Positions 62,668 through 64,000 of a stretch of 64,000 nucleotides of DNA are shown in pieces. Source of the DNA: Phoronis australis (lineage: Eukaryota > Animalia > Phoronida); assembly GCA_002633005.1 (NCBI GenBank), contig NMRA01000465.1, positions 17,941 through 81,940 on the forward strand. The letters run 5' to 3'. The first letter of the stretch is position 1, and every line of letters starts with the position of its first letter. A program made the translations under genes and the position numbers. Below the pieces are notes generated by a model. That model did not search any database. It saw nothing but the letters and a program-made list of their open reading frames with translations, and was not told the origin of the DNA.

Positions 62668-64000
62668 AAAAGAATGGAACGTTTGTTATATATCGGATTA
62701 GGGTGTAAAAATAGTGAGCACTAACAAAGCTCCTCTTTTTCTGATAACATGTTCGAATACTAAAAATACTAAAAACTAAGCCCAGAATTCAGTGAAAATC
62801 AACAGGGACATTGTCCTTGAATTAGGGGCCTTTCATGAAAAGATCTTTATCTATTTTCGATAATATTGAGAATTTAACGTAGAGTTCACTCTCGATTTGT
62901 ATCAAAGCCAAATATTGATCTGGTACTAGACAATCAGTGTTACCACAAGTCCACAAATATGTGATAGACTTAGAGAATTTAGCTGAGTCCCTATTTGCAG
63001 CCGCCGGGCACTGATCCCAAAAATGTGGCAATGATCGAGACGCATTTGATTCATTTTTAAAGCCACTCTTGCTTCTGGGCGATGTTTCTGCTAAAAAATC
63101 CGGCAAATTTCAAATTCGACAAATGAAGTCATAGTTACGATGCGCGTTGTCTGCATTTTGTATTTTCCAGACTTGGAAGACACAGCTACATGTAGTTTGT
63201 AAGCTAAATATCTGTGACAAAACTTACAAGCAGGAGACTGGGAGTGCAAACTAGGTATTCAATTGGAAAAATGTGTATTTTCAACGAGTAATAGGCTCTA
63301 CGTGGCAAAGATGTTCTAATAAGCCTTGTGTTCAACAAGCCATGTTAATAGAACTTTCTACAGGTACATTAACCTATAATTAGTCGCATACGTGTTGGCA
63401 CTATCCATCTTAATATTTCCAAATTCCTTCTTTATAGGTGATTCCACGCCCTTGGATGTGAAAAATCTTCCAAAGTGTGTTGCAGGCGGTCTACAAGGTA
63501 TTATCACTAACTTAGGCCTCAGTACCTAGGGCACAACATTGGTGGCGGGGATGTATCAGTACACGTCTTTGGTACTTGTCTTGTAGACGGTTCAATGTGT
63601 GACAGCTTACAGACGAAAAGCTGAACTATGCGGAATCCACTTTTTATACAAACGTCACAACTTTTGTCGTTTCATCTCGGAATTTATAGTGTCAACATTT
63701 AGAAAAGGTAGCCGATCACAGCACGGGCACTTGAATCAATCTGTTCCTCATAACGACTGGCACCTACACTTACTGCAACAAAACATGTGTTATTGTTATG
63801 TCTCTTATCAGCCAGCCTAGCTTGGCATCAAGACTAGTTTCTTATCTTATATGGTTGAGTCATTGAAAAATTGTGTGCGTGTTCCGTGGATCTACCTCCA
63901 TCACCCAATCCTCTCGTATCTCTGTTGCTACAAGTTATCATGTTTCTTAGCGCTTTCGGGACCTAACTCCAATTACTGTGCATTATATTTTTCATAATGT

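Noticed and set aside
62822-64000. Short ORFs at the right end of the window
   Set aside because: No recognisable domain or convincing splice pattern; left unannotated.

Overview
AT-rich eukaryotic (invertebrate-like animal) draft-genome scaffold with N gaps; no prokaryotic system, CRISPR array or rRNA is present. I reconstructed three spliced genes by hand from GT-AG exons with consistent phases: PDHX (E3-binding protein, minus strand, 6 exons at 9317-22311, first exon and 3' exons not found), FAIM (plus strand, 34840-39763, one exon probably in a gap) and GTPBP4/NOG1 (minus strand, 42697-62162, two exons duplicated across an N junction and the last exon(s) in a gap). There is also an intronless class A GPCR (4519-5649, plus strand). 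It appears to lie antisense inside a PDHX intron and has Lys at position 3.32. The rest is a dense mix of mobile DNA: a TTAA-flanked Kolobok-type element with THAP and KolX/P2X7-ballast-like remnants nested in another TTAA element, an internally deleted Gypsy with an intact TSD, L1/Tx1, CR1/L2 and RLE-type LINE fragments, many MITEs (including a family with 5-bp TSDs), palindromes and minisatellites. I found no clearly new biological system. The best leads are the nested GPCR, the Kolobok nest and the NOG1 exon-pair duplication, which may be an assembly artefact.
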